The notes under the pieces were generated by a model. That model saw nothing but the letters and a program-made list of their open reading frames with translations. It had not been told where the DNA came from and searched no databases. 64,000 bases of DNA from Styela clava. Taxonomy: Eukaryota. Shown here piece by piece: positions 1-13,337 of the stretch (positions are counted from its first letter, which is position 1; every line of letters starts with the position of its first letter). The position numbers and the translations under genes are program-made. The DNA lies in the NCBI RefSeq assembly GCF_964204865.1, contig NC_135253.1, forward strand, positions 4,526,001 to 4,590,000. The letters run 5' to 3'.

Positions 1-1041
1 AAAGACATACTAAGATTTCAATGATGAAAATTGGTAATAAAATCGTGCCCAATTCAATCTACCAATAAGTGTACTGCGACTGCCGTAAACGCAACCAAGG
101 TGGAGTTGTACGCACTCTGAGAAAAAGGGATGATTGCGCAACCATAGGCGGTGAGTCGATAAATTGAATATAATTAAAAGAGAGAATTCTCAATAAAATG
201 AACAATATCGTTATTACAGGTCCAAAATTGGGATTTTCCACGGCGACAAGAATGTTGAAATTCCACCTGGCCATTATGCTCAGTTACAAATTAAGACGAT
301 ATCATGTAGCTTACGGTCTAAATCCGTGTGGTCTAAGGTTGCGAGATTGAAGGACCGCAAAAAAATTTCAGAGGCCTTGCGGACCGCAGTCGGAAAAACC
401 CAAAAGTGATCAAAACACTGCGAGTTCAGTTACTTTAAATATATTAACGAATGAAAATTTACAGTTCTAATCAGCCTTATGTTGCATCAGTGGCGTTTTT
501 TGTTAATTACTTTAAGGAAGATATATAAAGCACTAACGAAACAATGTATTGTTTCTTGCTTTTGGTACTGTTTCAGATATGCGTTGCGTCACTGCTGTCA
601 CATGGCCCACGCTTGAACTAGGGGTGTATTTGTACTAACATAAAGGCACAAAACGTCTTTCCATATAAGGAGTACATATATGCTCAATCAATTTTCTATT
701 TCACTCAACTGAATTGTATTAATTGGGATTGTAGCTGGGATAAAGGAGTTATAAGGTAAAAGAGTCGATGGTTTACGTTGGATGCATTTATTACGACATG
801 ACATTAATATCAGCTGCCTGCTCTCTTTTACGACGCACGTTTCTGCATTCCGTTACGCGACTACTGTCAAAGATGCATAAATACACACTACAATCAAACG
901 ATTATAATACTTGTGGAAAAGATGCCGAAACACGTTTCTCACTGATGCAGACATTGAATAAATATAAATGACCCACGGTCTTCTTTTCAATGATGAAAAT
1001 AAAGTTTTGGCTCATTCAATGAAAAAGGTTCGCCATCAATG
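1..1041. mobile_element. Non-autonomous hAT element (right part) in intron 3 of copy A
   Basis: Ends GGTTCGCCATCAATG followed by CGCTAGAC; colinear with the complete copy at 27005-28127. Confidence 0.75.
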
Positions 1042-1050
1042 CGCTAGACT

Positions 1051-1253
1051 GGTGACCGTACATTTGAACCCATGTACATTTGAACCCATGCGTATATCCA
1101 CGGGTTCAATCTATATGCGGGTGCTAAAACCCATGGGTTAGGGTTAGTATGGGTTTAACTATCCGTGAAACAAAAAAAATTCCATAGGTGCAATAGCATA
1201 CAGGTGCAATTGTCATGGGTTCAAATGTACGTGGGTTCAAATGTAATGGAACC
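1051..1253. mobile_element. GG-ended MITE (Merlin-like?) with ~40-bp TIRs
   Basis: GGTGACCGTACATTTGAACCC...GGGTTCAAATGTAATGGAACC, flanked by direct repeat CGCTAGACT (1042-1050 / 1254-1262). Absent at the paralogous site (28128). A second copy lies at 54416-54616. Confidence 0.85.
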
Positions 1254-1297
1254 CGCTAGACTAGATGGTACACCGCGGTGCTCTCTGCATATCTCAC

Positions 1298-2487
1298 CAA
1301 TAATCTGGCAACCATTGCTTCACGAAACTCTGATTGCGATATGGCGCCGTCTTCATCTTGATCAAGTTCGTTGAACACGTTCCAGGTACTTTTCAGATCT
1401 TTCTGATTTTTTAGTTGAACCTTCTGGTCACCCAATTTCAATTTACAAGAGTATTTTTTGTGTAGGAACCAACCAGCTAAATAAAAGAGGGAAAAACTAA
1501 AAAAAAGGTAGAATAAGCATCACAGTTGCATGTAACCTAACGATTTTACTTTTTAATTACCAGTAAGTAAGGCAAAGACATTGAGGAATAAGGAAGGTAT
1601 TTCCGAATGAAATTAAAACCTACTCGTAAGGATAACTTGGTCGTTTATTGTCCAAATGACAGCAATTTAATCTATGATGCATTTCATTTGGTCCATGTGA
1701 CGGCAATGTTACCTAGTGGGCAGGCGAAAATGATTTATTGAATGATAATAGGTACTGGTAATTTCTACAATTTGGGAATCTCAAAACAGTATCAATAACT
1801 CACAATGGAATTCAACCGTTGAATTTCCATTCCTACACGATCCACAGTTACAGCAAAATAGGTTGCATCCCTTCCCGTTTCCACTACCGGAACCACAGCA
1901 CTTCCTGTGGCGCCAACTGCTAACTTTGGCGCAGTCTTTGCAAAAGCCTGTGAAATAATCAGGTTTAAAACGTTCTCATTTCTAAAACATTTCATAAAAA
2001 ATTGGTTTAATTCCTATCATTCATTTTTTGTAAAATGTGAAGAAATAATCAAGACAATGTCTCAAACGCGTTTTTGAAATTGGAATTACCACTGAAAATG
2101 TATTTGCAAACAATCGATCACGTGCGATGAGATAATCTGCATATACGATTATTAAAGTTTACATTATCAGAAAAACTTGAAAGGTGGTTCCTATAGCTGA
2201 AACAGATAATATCTGATATGACGTTGAATGTATTCATATATAAATCCTGAATCAGCACTAGGGATATCCCAAATAGAAAAAATTCGCTGATGTCTTGAAT
2301 AAAACAAAATTGACCATATTTGATATTCGGATATCAAAATACAGTTAGAAAACCGAAATAAACGGAGCATGCGTTTACCAATATATAATTTTTCACACTT
2401 ACCGTGTTCTCCACGATCACAGCAAATTCCTGAAATTTCCGCTACGGCAAACAGGAGGAATAAGGCAAGAAGTAAAAATTTAACCAT
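1298..2487 (-). CDS. Secreted Cys-rich (Diedel-like) + EF-hand protein, copy A (partial; exon 4 lies left of the window)
   Basis: Exons 2403-2487 (MVKFLLLALFLLFAVAEISGICCDRGEH), 1804-1947 (GFCKDCAKVSSWRHRKCCGSGSGNGKGCNLFCCNCGSCRNGNSTVEFH), 1298-1476 (SGWFLHKKYSCK...DQDEDGAISQSE...ARLL). GT-AG junctions, phases 1/1/0, near-identical to copy E. Confidence 0.85.
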
Positions 2488-4980
2488 TGTAAATATATAT
2501 CCCAATTGAGATTTCTAAAAATATAATTGCATTAAAAAAGATATTTCATGGCCAGTGTTCTTCAATGTCCAATAGTATTGAGCTACAGCGAGGAAGTAGT
2601 CAATTAGGAATATATGCCTTCGAAGGAGGCAACTAAATTGCATACTACATTGTTCTTTTACGAATGCGTAGAACTAGAGGATACTATGTATTTTCGATCG
2701 AACCAATGGTGGTTTCTTTTTCAGAATCTATGTTGCAGATTTTGCGTTCTACTCTTAGAAATATATACATAAATGAATACACATTAATCTACAAACTGAA
2801 GCGAACTTCAGACTACCTATATTAATCTATATGCAACATAAGAGCATCACAAACATCCTAGTTGCGAGGGTGTCCAATCTGGAAAGTGGAGAAATTGCTT
2901 AAATTCCTTAACCTTGTTCATTTGCATGACTCTGGACACATATGTTGCATAACATTGTCTTGATACACTGCACGTACATCCGTTTTTCACTGTCACAATA
3001 CCGCTTTGGAAACTTGAGAAAAGTGATATTCAGCTATTGTCCTTTTGTGAGTCATGAAGATCGATCTACTTCAATGCGGGTTGTATTAAGGGTAAAGGCT
3101 GAAAATAGTCCCCGAGAGAAGCTTGAAACAAATTCTATGGGCTATAACTTGGAGTAGAGTCACGAAATTTTGTTCAGAGCGGCTTTCTTATTTTATAACA
3201 GATCACATACCAATAAAGATCATAACTCAGCTTCTGCTTCGTTACTTCTAACAAATAGTATTTTCGTGAATATAAATCAAGTTGATAATATAAAAACAAA
3301 GTTGATAATATTATTAGTGAGTAAATGAATTCAGGCATCTTCAATGTGGATCTGAGGAAACATATATCAACACCAGACTAAACAAAGGAACAAGTACAAC
3401 AAATTACATCAACAAGTTATTAATTTCCACAATATAGCACTTCTCTATCAGTGTAATATCAATATAAGACATGTGTCTTTTGTCAACAAATTCTAAACAT
3501 TACAGGGCGAACAGTCATTTTGGCCGAACAAGAAAGGGTATTTGTTGAACCAAATCAGAATTGATTGTAAAACAACAAAAAGTCGTTGAATTTAACAAAA
3601 TATGCATCATGAATTTGATCATGTTTATTATATATATATATATATATAACATTCCGAATACACTGGAGTATAGATAATAAGAAAGACGACCTGCCAAGTC
3701 AAGAGCATGACTTATAAAATATTTTCGTTTTCGACTATTCAAAATTTTGAAAGGAATAAATTTTTTTCAGAGACTCTCACACAAAAAATATTTGTTTTGA
3801 TGAGCAAGAGGTTTCACTTATGAATGAATGGAAATTCCATTAAGTCACAATATTGTGTCAAAAAACATCAAAAACAGATAATTAAAACAAGATTGTAATA
3901 ACATCATGTGAATTGCATAATATCTATATACCACATCCTATTATTGACATATCATTTTTGAAAACCTTGAATTATAGCAAGTTTAGCAAAATGCATCATT
4001 AAAATTAACATAGAAATGTACAGATGCTATTCCTATATCACGTTGACAGTTCCAATGATAGGCCAATGCAGAATATTTATAAGGATTTTTTTACTCATGC
4101 TCCAAATATAGGTAAATCTATTCTCGTAATACGAAATGTAGCGAGCCAGTCTATTAGGATATTCTCAAAATTCAGCATCAGATGAAATAACTAATTGATC
4201 AATAGCACCGAAGTATAAGAAAAATAAAATGATATACTGCTGATTTCAAATCTGTGCATTAACCCTGCTAAAACGCTTAAAGAGATAATGATCTATACCA
4301 GGGCTTCCCAAACTAGGGGCCACGAAACGAATTTTAGGGGCCGCGAAACGAATTTAGGGGCCGCAAAGAGAACATCAATTTTACACAAAGTACTATATTT
4401 GTTGTACTTTTTCAGACTAGCAAAATTGAAACGACGCACTTTGAGAATGACAAGAATTTTACGAATAAATGGTTCAAATCAGAAATTTTCTAGACCAGAT
4501 TGAAATCTCCAGTTCAGAAACCTTCTCTGTAACTAATTTTGTTCGCTCACTTTACATCAAGTTGTATAAAAGGACTGAAACCTATGGGTAGGTCAATTGG
4601 CTAACACAGACAGTCCCCGAACTAGTAATAGAACTAATATAAGAAAGCATAACATAATGGAACTGATTTTACTGTATGAATAGTCAAGCTTTTTGTGATA
4701 ACACAGAACAATACAATATACTTTTTTCAATATCGAATCTTCAAGTAACATTTTTAAAATACCGAAACATGAAGACAAAATTACCTCATTCAAACCAAAT
4801 TCTTGACATCACGAAAAATCACATTATTGTTCAGCATTGCAATAATGAATTAGTTAAATTTAAATCGTGTTTATCAGGGTTCTTGATAAATTAACAATGA
4901 GAGATCGTGATGTTGAAAATATTTCTAGTTGAATTGGATTAGCTACTTGCAAAATGTGAAAGAGATTTTGAGAAGTTTTC

Positions 4981-7900
4981 TTATGTTTCTGTTTTTTCAA
5001 GATCTTTGTCAAATTCAGCTGCTTGGATCATTCCGTCGTTATCAGCATCAAGTTTCTGGAATTCCTGCTTAATAAGATCATCAAGATCTTTGCTTTGTTC
5101 CAAGTCCTGTCCGTCTTGCTCGGTAACGACATCAAGAAGGGCCAATACATCTTCTTCGTTGTTGGAGTCCAAAACATGGGAAGCAACTAGTTGACCGGAT
5201 TCGTTGTCCTGGTGATATAAGATAAAAGTGCTGTTAGGGCAATTACTAGATAGTGAGTCACGCCTTACTACCATATAAGCCTAACCCTAACACACTAGAG
5301 ATGAACTGATACCACTTTCCGCGCCGATACCGATCCGAGACCAACAGAAAAAACGCCGACACGGATATTTCGAAAAGCCATATCCCGATACTATGTAACC
5401 ATTGCTTTGGGTGTTCAGGGCAGACGAGTTAAAACGATAGTCTGTGAGCATTATTCATAGCACGCTTTATTTAAGCCTGAAAAAGAGATATTCCAGATAA
5501 TAGGAAATTGATGTTTGTGATCCTGATGTATTAATTGATTCGGAGGCATTGTGCACTGACGTTCGTAAATTAGGTGTTCAATTAGAAAATTCATTTTGTG
5601 CAAATATAACTTCGTATTTTACACATTGGAAAATATTCGATTGATATATATATATATATATATATTTTCATAATTACCATGCCAATATAAAAATTTGGCA
5701 GCACAAATAGCCAAATTAGTTAAAAGGTAACGACACAAGTAATTTCAACATTTGTATTCCAACTTATTTTTAAAAGCATTCTGGATCAGATGAAAAAGCT
5801 AAATATATCGGTCTACATTTAACCGATACCGAAAAAATGACCGATATTGGCGATGCCAATAACAATACATCGGCCATTCTCAATAACACACACGATTCTG
5901 TACGCCATTTTACCAATTTTTTGCTAAATTAAGCAATGTAAGATTTCTTTGGTAAATAAAGAACTTAATTGGTTGATGTACAGTACAGTGGTTTATCTCA
6001 CCAATAATCTGGCAACCATTGCTTCACGAAACTCGGATTGTGATATAGCTCCGTCTTCATCTTTATCAAGTTCATTAAACACGTCCCAGGTATTCTTCAG
6101 ATCTTCCTGATTTTTTTGTTGAACCTCCTCGTCTCCCAATTTCAATTTACAAGAGTATTTTTTGCTCAAAAACCAACCAGCTGAATTGAAATGAAAAAAA
6201 AAAAAAAGCATCGCAGTTGCATGAAACTCAACGATTTACTTTTAATTACCTTTAACTTGAATCACCGGTCTACACAATGTAGAGTTTCAGACTTTGTTAT
6301 AAAAACGATCGAGCAATGCTCAAATATATGGGCACGAAGGTGGGGGCATCAAGGAATAAAGAAGGCATTTCCGGCTGATATTAGTTTATTTTTAACGGTA
6401 ACTTGGTCATTTATTGTCCAAGTAACAGCAATTTAAACACTGAGGCATTCCATGGTACTTTCAAAACAGTATCAACAACTCATAAAGGAATGTAATCAAT
6501 GCACGTCCATTTCTGCATAATCCACAGTTACAGCACAATATGTTGCATCCTTTCCCGTGTCCACTACCGGAACCACAGCACTTCCTGTGTCCCCATATGC
6601 TAACTTTAGCGCAGTCTTTGCAGAAGCCTGTCAAAATATAACGTACAGCACTATCCAACTTTTTCAATCCTAGAACAGATTCCATTTGAAAGGGAATTAA
6701 CTTGTTACAAGAACACCATTCATTTAAGTAAAATGTGTAGAAATACTCTAGACCAGGGATCGGCAACCTACGGCCCGCGGGCCGGATCCGGCCCGCGGAG
6801 CACTATAATCCGGCCCGCGACGCTTCACTAAATTATGGTAACAAAACATCCGTTTTGACGAATATATTCTTTATATTATAACCTAACAAATATATAATTC
6901 ACAATTACTCGTTTATTGAGCATATAATTTAATTATTATTAAGCAAATGTCAACAAAACGCAGAAAAGTTGATGCTAAGTGCAAAGGGTTCAATGGCGCC
7001 GAAAATATGCAAGTGAATTTTATGAGATGCAATGAGGAAATAAATCTATACTCTATTCGAGAGATGTATCACTGCTTGATTTTTATTATAAAAAGTACCA
7101 TCCGTTCGATTTTTCAACTTAAAATATGTGCGGCTCGCCAATGACTTGCACCCTTAATTTTGGCCCGCGAGCGACAAAAGGTTGCCGACCCCTGCTCTAG
7201 ACCATGGCTGCCCAACTCGCAGGCTGCATGTGGCCCGCCAGGCTGTTTACAGCCCGTCCTTTTAAATGAGTTTATAAGCAGACTTTTGAATTTTCTAGCA
7301 TTTTATTTAGGCTAAAGTGGACATCGATGTTCAAGTTTTTTTTTATATTTTTTGCAGAACTGCGCGTTCTGTTCCACAAACTCGAAAGCTACTGTGCGAT
7401 CATCGGCGACAAGACGCTGAGGAAAATTATAGGAATGAATTTGCAACCCAAATTTTCAAATTCATTTTGATTATTATCTCGTGTCGACTTTGACCGTAGT
7501 GAAAAATATCTTTGCTACTGGCTTCGGGATTTGTTGTATTATTTTTTTGCATATAGTAAAACTCATGGGATCACGTCACTGCAGATCGGTTCAAAATTCT
7601 GATAAAATTTATTTATTGGCATAAAATTCACGCGACATTTGGCGCACATTATGCTCATTTAAGAATTGACACTTGAAATAAATAAATAAATAAAAACATC
7701 ATAACGCGAATATAACACTCAATTTTGACGTCTTTGTCTGTTAGTGAAAAGTGTGTTCTCGTCAGAAATCCGCCAGTGTGTTGTGCTGTCTAAACGTTTG
7801 ATTGAGCGATGCGTAAGTGACGTGCCGCGGTTAGATCACGTGTTACCAGTAGGGATGGGAATTTCAGGGAAAACACTTTAACCGTTAACCGGGTCAAATT

Positions 7901-9073
7901 AATTGGTTAACCGGTTAACGTTTGACGTAATAATTGCTTCTGACTTATGGAAGTATTTTAGTAAAACCCGAATTCGTTATTAAATGTCATTTATATTGCA
8001 AATTTTCAGTTTTCGACGTGCAAATTCTACTCTGAGATATCATAAAAAAAAACATCAACTGCGCACTTGTTGGACGACATTGAATACACGATTTTGTAAT
8101 AAAGTCGTGAACAATATATTTCGACCGAAAACTGATTCTGAATAATATATCATTGTCAAATTTTCATAATCAGCAATCTTGGTACTTCAATTATTTTTCA
8201 CAATTATTGGGTCTTTACCGGTCCTTACCAATACAATTAATAACAATCTCTCGAATTAAACGCCACAGAAGATAAATTTGCGATGACGTAATCATTTTTG
8301 AAGAAATTTTACATTATAAAAATGATTTGTACCTGGGACGTCAGTTAACGATTAAAATAAATTGTAACCGTTAACCATCTAAAATCCGTTAACCGGTTAA
8401 CTATTCCCAGCCCTAGTTACCAGACATTAGAACAGTAAACTGCTACTTTAATATTCGAATATTTTGCTCAGCCCCTACCCTGAACTTGCTTATAACGTAT
8501 TTTGTAATTTCTAACGTAAATCAGAACTTAGCTGGGGTTCAAGTTTGGTAAAAACATTTGCGGCCCGCAATGAATTTTCTCATGTGAAAGTGGCCCGCGA
8601 CACCAAAACGATTGGGCAGGCCTGCTCCTGCCAGACAATGTCACAAGTACTTTTCTGAAAGTGGAATTGCCACTGAAAATATAGGTGCAAAAAATCTCTC
8701 ACGTGCAAAGATCTACATATACGTTTATTGAAGTCTACATTATCCGGAAAACTTGAAAGATGATTTCTATGACTAAAACAGACAATATCTAACAAGATGT
8801 TAAATGACCTCATTTATATATAAATCCTGAATCCGACCCTGGGGATATCCCAATAGAACAAGATTTGCTGATGTCCTAAATAGAACAAAATTAATATTCG
8901 AATATCAAAATAATCGTTAGAATAGAGAACTAAACCATTTAGACCGGCAAATGCGTCCAGCAATCTATAATTTTTTCACACTCACCATTTTTTCCACGAC
9001 CACAGCAAATTCCCGAAATTTCCGCTACGGCAAAAAGCAGGAATATAGCACTAATAACTATAAGATTATTCAT
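4981..9073 (-). CDS. Secreted Cys-rich (Diedel-like) + EF-hand protein, copy B; exon-2 donor mutated (truncated variant or pseudogene)
   Basis: Exons 8986-9073, 6484-6627, 6002-6180, 4981-5208, all with open frames. The intron-2 donor reads ATGAGT at 6483 instead of GTGAGT. The paralogous TAA is AAA here, giving a KTET extension. Confidence 0.75.
5296..5883. mobile_element. Ac-type hAT MITE in intron 3 of copy B
   Basis: Starts TAGAGATG, has subterminal CCGATA repeats and 8-bp TSD TAACACAC (5288-5295 / 5884-5891). Same insertion in copy D. Confidence 0.75.
6754..7194. mobile_element. Charlie/Buster-type hAT MITE (internal deletion derivative)
   Basis: TIRs CAGGGATCGGCAACC / GGTTGCCGACCCCTG, perfect TSD CTCTAGAC, GGCCCGC subterminal motifs. 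Retains a transposase-like N-terminus MSTKRRKVDAKCKGFN at 6947. Confidence 0.85.
7203..8624. mobile_element. Older Charlie/Buster-type hAT element in intron 1 of copy B
   Basis: Imperfect TIRs CATGGCTGCCCAA / TTGGGCAGGCCTG, GGCCCGC motifs, left TSD CTCTAGAC and degenerate right TSD. Confidence 0.7.
7850..8415. mobile_element. Ac-type hAT MITE nested in 7203-8624
   Basis: TIRs TAGGGATGGGAAT / ATTCCCAGCCCTA, perfect TSD GTTACCAG (7842-7849 / 8416-8423), subterminal GTTAACC repeats. Confidence 0.9.
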
Positions 9074-12000
9074 TGTAAATATCCCCGTTGAGATCGAGAG
9101 TTATTACTATAAATATGATTTTATTGAAAAGATATGTTTATGGTCAGCGTTCTTCAATGTCCAATAGTACTCAGTTATAACGAGAAAGAAGGCAATTGAG
9201 AATGCCAACCTCCGAAAAACGCAACTAAATTGCATACCACATTGTTCTTTCACGAATGCGGGAGTGATACTATGTATTTTCGTTCAAAGCAAAGGCAGTT
9301 TCATTTTTAGAATTCAGATAGTTTTATGGTACAGACTTTGTGTTTTACTCTCGGCATAATATATATATAAATCCATATTAGTCTACAAACTAAATCTAAC
9401 TTCAAGCTATCTATATTAATCTATGGAACATAAGGGCATCACAAACATCCTAGTCGCACGGTCGTGCGATATGGATAATAAAGAAACTGCTCCCAGATAC
9501 GTTAAATTCCTTAAACCTGTCAATTTACATGACCCTGGGCACGTATGTTACATAAAATTATTTTGATACACTGCACGTACATCCGTTTTCCGCTGTCACA
9601 ACCACAGGACTGCTTTGGAAATCTGACGAAGGTGATAATCAGCTATTGTTGCTTTCTTGCATTATATGAGACATGAAGACCTGTCTTCCTCAATGCGTCT
9701 TGTATGAACGGTGAATGCATAAAATAGTCCCTGACAGAAGCTTGAAACAAAGTCTATGGGCTTTGACTTGCATTATAGTCACGTAATTTCGCTCAGAACG
9801 GCTTTCTTATTCTATAACAGATCACATACTCAGATAGATCATAACTCAGCTGCTATCTCGTTGTTTCTAACAAATAGTATTTTCGTGAACATTATGTGAC
9901 TCACCACAACATTATTAAACGGGCAAAATTCACAGATATTTCATTACTTTATTAATCCTATACGCTGGTCGGGGAGGGTGGAACGTGCGCGATTGAGCAA
10001 AGGGTTACTTGGCGTTTCTAGAAATAAGTTATCACTTTTTAGCAGGTGCGATTTAAAAAAAATTTGCATGACTCTAAAAATATCAAAAGTGGAAGGCCGA
10101 AGGCATTTGACGACGGTTGATAAAATAACGAAAAAAAAAAAAAGTGTCCTCTTCCATATCGAAGTCAGTATATATAGAAGTGGCGGACTCTGTAATTTGG
10201 GTGGTCAGGCCAGGAATCTCTAATACACATCCCAAATTCGATTAGAATCGATGACGAGTACTGTGCAAATGCCAATGTCTACTACTCTACTACATTACCT
10301 CGGTAAAAGAATCAACAAAGTGGAGAATATTTTTCTATTTTGCTCCAACTCAAGACCAAACAAAAGAACAAGTACAACAAATTACATTAACAACAACATT
10401 TTATTTCCGCTGTACAGCACTTATATATCAGTGTAATATCAATCCAAGACATGCTATCTTGTCAGCAAGTGCGGACAATACATTGCGAACACTCGTTTTG
10501 CCGAAAAATAAAGAGTATTTGTTGAACCAAAACGGAATTAATTGTAAAACAACAAAAAAATTATTGAATTCAACAAAATATGCATCATGATTATGTTCAT
10601 TATATAATATTTCGCATACATTGGTGTATGGAAAATGATAGAGACGACCTGCTAAGTTAAGAGCATGACTTACAAAGTGTTTTCATGTCCTTATATTAAA
10701 AATTTTGAAACGGATATTTGTTTACGGATATTAGCTGTCAATAAATGGAAATTCCACTAGACCACATTATTGAGTCAAAAAGCATCAAAAACAAAAAAGT
10801 ACAAACATACTGTGAATTGCATAATGTCTATACCACATCCCAATAATAACATACAGTATATTTTGCAATATTGTCGATAACTATTATTGGAATATACTGA
10901 TACTAGTTAAATCCCACTTGGAAATTCGATAATAATTCATGTCACATATGAAATCAGATAAAAGATTTTAGAATGCCAGTCATGTCAAACTTGCACCTTT
11001 AAGAGGGTCAAAAATCTTACTTTCATTCAAACAATGTCATCAGAACTCGCAATCATCATACAATAAATCTGAATGATTGGTATCTAAAGTGATATAATAT
11101 ATATTCAATAGCATTAAGCTATAGTGAATAACAATATTTAAATACCAATTTAAAATCTACATCGTTCTTGAGCGTAATTCTCGCCCAATAACCTTCATCG
11201 ATTTGAATATTTTCAAATAGCAAGAGCGATTAATAGATGTCGCGACCCAACCTTTTTCCACTTGTCATTGTCAAAAACTGCCATCTTCATAAGCTGGCCG
11301 AACATATTTTTTTTCTAAATGCATTTGATCACAGACTTTTAATGCCGTTGAGAAGAACCATACTGCACTGGAACTTGAGTCATAAATCACAAAATGTTGA
11401 TCTTGACATACAGTAATCTAACATAAATCCAAACTGGCGACATTTTGAATTCTACGAAATTTCTGTATTTTACGAAGTGCCACGCATCGTTACATTAGTT
11501 TATAATAAGTCAATGAGAACGCATAGTTAGGGTTTGTGATGTTTCTTTTTTTTACTTTCCGGAACGAACGCAGTTTCTTAAGGTCACGTTACATTGAACA
11601 ACTTCGGGGTTACAATTAACTTAAAATTTTATTAAATTTTTCATTAAGTATATGTATTTACAGCGACTAAACCGTGATTGTTTTGGTAAAGTGAAGTACT
11701 TACCATATTTACCTTACCATATATGCCAGATTCCAGTGATCAAAAAAGCCAAGACAAGGAACCAAAAAGCGAACAAATTTATCAAGTACAAAATCCTCAT
11801 GATTGAAACTCTTGGCACAATAGGGGATTTGCACAGTTGGCAATACGCTGATTCAGATCAGTTGATTTAGTGAGCCACACAATTGTTTTTTCCCATTGAA
11901 AGTTGTATTTTCGGTTGCTATTATGATGATTTCCACCTCAGCATAATGAAGGATTCAAAAACAAAAAGTAATTATTGAACGGTAGACCCAGAATGCACAC

Positions 12001-12421
12001 CCGACACAATACAGTCAAGCTGACCTCCATATAAAAAAGTTTGAAAAAAAGAAATGATAGGCGGATACCAATATTTTACAGGTGCCGCTTCAGTATATGT
12101 GATATAATTAAATGTTCCAGCTAAACTTGCGATATACCTTATAGAATTTCCCCTATAGCTTACTATTAAAAAGAGTGTTGGCGATTACAAACGAGTTTAC
12201 ATGTTTGAAACATGTATTGCCGTACTAACACCGTGTTCCCCGTTAATAATACCTAGCCTGAAATGATTGTAACCCTGTTCTATTTTAGGAGAAACATGGT
12301 AGCGAAGTTTCGAACTGTTTATCAGAGCATTCGCGAGATCAAATTTAAATTATTGCAATTCAACTAGAGCTTATCGGAAGGCATAATGACAATTTAGTTA
12401 TTTCTTTACAACTATTTATAG

Positions 12422-12814
12422 AACTAGGGAGCTATGCTCAGATATATGGACACGTAGAGCATTTCGCCAATTCCCAAAAATCATACCACAGTCCACCGTT
12501 CGGCATAAAAGAATTTCCACTTTCGCTAAGCACTATACCAGATACACCGGCAAACGCCGTGAACGGAATCAGCTGATGTGCGTCCGCAGAACATTCAGTG
12601 AGGTCATAGAAAACAAAAAACCAATCCAACAAAGCTAAGAGAAATATTTAAAATAAATAAAAGTAATGGCCTTCTAAAAAAATTTCATCTTTAACCACTG
12701 AAAATTTGAAGAAATTGGTCCAGTAATCAAAGAGAAAAGCGACTTTTTAAGTTTTCCACTAGGTGTCCAAAAATAATGCAAAACGATCGTTATGTCCACT
12801 AACGTGTCCAATAA
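12422..12814 (+). mobile_element. DINE-1/HINE-like non-autonomous repeat
   Basis: 5' GAGCTATGCTCAGATATATGGACACGT and 3' TATGTCCACTAACGTGTCCAATAA. Same family at ~49529-49867 and 55902-56471. Confidence 0.6.
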
Positions 12815-13337
12815 CAACTAAAAACTGACGTAGCTAAGAAATAGGCTATTGTTGCACGCTGAATTTTTTATTTCATGTGATTGTACTAATAGACACTAAA
12901 ATATCAATAGACATCAAAAATGCCAAAACGCCCTGATCATTTTGTAACACAAAGAAGCGGATTTTATTACTTGTTACTTGTAACGTAGTTCTAATTACAA
13001 AACCTCAAAGTTAACATGTTCAGTCATCATTTGTGTCTAGTAATCTGATTAAATAAGACAAAAATATTCTTTTAGACTTAGAACCTCAACTGGAACTATT
13101 AGTATATATATGTAGGCTAGTATATAGAGTCTTGAATATAAATATTGATAATAGCATGACAGGATTATCGTTGCACAGATGTTTATATGGTTAAATCTAA
13201 TTCATGTTATCAGGGTTCTAAGTAGGGTGACAATGAGAGGGTAGGGTGTTGAAAATATTTATAGTTAAATTCGATTAGTTATTTTCAGAATGAGAAAGAT
13301 ATTAGGAATAATTTTGCAATAAATCTTCTGTTTCTGT

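Noticed and set aside
59-274. 71-aa ORF repeated at 27140-27364
   Set aside because: It lies inside an intronic non-autonomous hAT; its recurrence is explained by the recent A/E duplication.
1804-1947. Vanabin, metallothionein or defensin identity for the Cys-rich domain
   Set aside because: Cys spacing (three CC doublets, CNxxCCxC) does not match the regular C-x2-4-C repeats of vanabins or defensin patterns. The signal peptide and aromatic residues argue against metallothionein.
1792-1995. ORF-track peptides MKCFR..SQA..VVET.. (also 14306-14509 and 28665-28868)
   Set aside because: These are alternative-frame shadows of the Cys-rich exon 2; splice phases select the Cys frame.
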